A stretch of 35,379 bases of DNA from positions 1 to 35,379 of IMG/VR virus record IMGVR_UViG_3300025890_000063. One strand, written 5' to 3'. Position 1 is the first letter of the stretch, and each line of letters opens with the position of its first letter. Origin of the DNA: a virus (Duplodnaviria; Caudoviricetes). Under the pieces are notes generated by a model. That model saw nothing but the letters and a program-made list of their open reading frames with translations. It was not told the DNA's origin and made no database searches. A program made the position numbers and the translations under genes. Below are positions 34,571 to 35,379 of the stretch, in pieces.

Positions 34571-35238
34571 TACGCTGATCTCCTAACTTCAATTCCCTCG
34601 AATTCCGCAACCTTGAAAAGCAGCTTATCAGCGACTTTCTTTTCACAAGCTTCTTTCCAGTCCAAAGAACAAATCTTCTCCGGCATTGGATTTGGGATTG
34701 CCTTGTAACCAACTTTCTCGAAGTCAGACGCCTTGCGTCTTTTCTCCAGGCTTTCGATTACCTTTTGAACTCGCTCTTCAATGCAGTCACCACTACCAAA
34801 AGAACCTGAATTGAACGTCCCCCCAAGGGGGACTATAGGGGGTTTATTTTTATATTCTTTAGTATTGGTCCGCTTTTTTGATTTTGGGTGGTCCGCTTTT
34901 TCGGCGTCAGCCTGATATTCTTCATATTTACATATACTTAGCACGGTTCCGGCTGGTCCGTTTTTGCGGACCACCATGGTCCGCTCTTCTAGGTGGTCTA
35001 AAAGGCCTCTAATCTGCCTTCTTGTGGCGTCCAATTTACTCGCTAACCAACGCTCAGAAGTTAGTAGATCACCACGTTTAACCAGTACCGTTTCGCCTGA
35101 TTTCATGGTGATCTCCGTATCCTTCCATTCCGCTTGTGCGAACAGAAAAACAAAAGCTGACTGCTCCCAAAACGTCCTTAGATCCTTGTTCTTGTAGAGG
35201 CGGCGGTGAATTCTGGCGTATCCCTCTTCCTTACTCAT
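34570..35238 (-). CDS. Replication initiator (lambda O-like, winged helix)
   Basis: G.ARIHR.L, RG.L.TS.R.LA, I..YEEYQ; upstream of dnaB; internal iterons. Confidence 0.8.
   Translation of the reverse strand: MSKEEGYARIHRRLYKNKDLRTFWEQSAFVFLFAQAEWKDTEITMKSGETVLVKRGDLLTSERWLASKLDATRRQIRGLLDHLEERTMVVRKNGPAGTVLSICKYEEYQADAEKADHPKSKKRTNTKEYKNKPPIVPLGGTFNSGSFGSGDCIEERVQKVIESLEKRRKASDFEKVGYKAIPNPMPEKICSLDWKEACEKKVADKLLFKVAEFEGIEVRRSA
34817..34987. promoter_or_regulatory. Putative replication origin (iterons in initiator gene)
   Basis: TGGTCCG at 34866, 34889, 34954, 34977 and inverted at 34966-34973; AT-rich tracts; GTCCCCCC-AA-GGGGGAC dyad. Confidence 0.65.
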
Positions 35239-35379
35239 TGTTGCCCCCTATCTCCGCAATCAACTCCTCCAACACTTGAGAAGCCTCCTTATTGACTACC
35301 TGTTTGAAGAAAGTGCCTTGCTCCACTAACTTGCGCTCAAGCCACTCGCTTACCTCCTCCCGTGTGAACGTCTCCGGCT
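35231..35379 (-). CDS. Partial hypothetical protein (C-terminus)
   Basis: ...PETFTREEVSEWLE...IGGNNE*, overlaps initiator start. Confidence 0.55.
   Translation of the reverse strand, partial: PETFTREEVSEWLERKLVEQGTFFKQVVNKEASQVLEELIAEIGGNNE

Larger units (their letters stand above)
1..35379. mobile_element. Temperate podovirus-type phage genome segment (alphaproteobacterial host), non-integrated form
   Basis: Int/Xis/attP, replication, terminase-portal-capsid-tail tube-ejection protein order, lysis genes; no host genes; phage genes on both sides of a half-tRNA att core; GcrA and DUF6456-like genes suggest Alphaproteobacteria. Confidence 0.93.

Overview
Most of the genome of a temperate, short-tailed (podovirus-type, BPP-1/epsilon15-like gene order) phage of an alphaproteobacterial host, apparently in excised/virion form. 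Left end (+): GcrA-like regulator, C2H2 finger protein, Xis and tyrosine integrase, then an intact attP carrying the 3' half of tRNA-Pro(GGG), followed by a rightward cassette of accessory genes (including an orphan capsid cement protein and an SPFH-like chimera). The remaining ~30 kb (-) runs: replication initiator with internal iterons, DnaB, a DUF6745-like repeat protein plus small His-rich partner, a DUF6456/GafZ-like late regulator followed by a pR'/tR'-like promoter-terminator, TerS, TerL, portal, scaffold, capsid, tail tube A/B, three ejection proteins (one with a peptidase M15 domain, one a 2439-aa polyvalent protein with tandem ART-like cassettes and an HExxH domain), a fibre, and a lysis cassette. 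The best leads are the two-gene module with a 12-bp array varying almost only at one codon, the antitermination switch, the cassette-built ejection protein, a hairpin-bridged Shine-Dalgarno on the endolysin, and an antisense-strand terminator capping the lysis cassette. All family assignments are from motif recognition by eye, not database searches.
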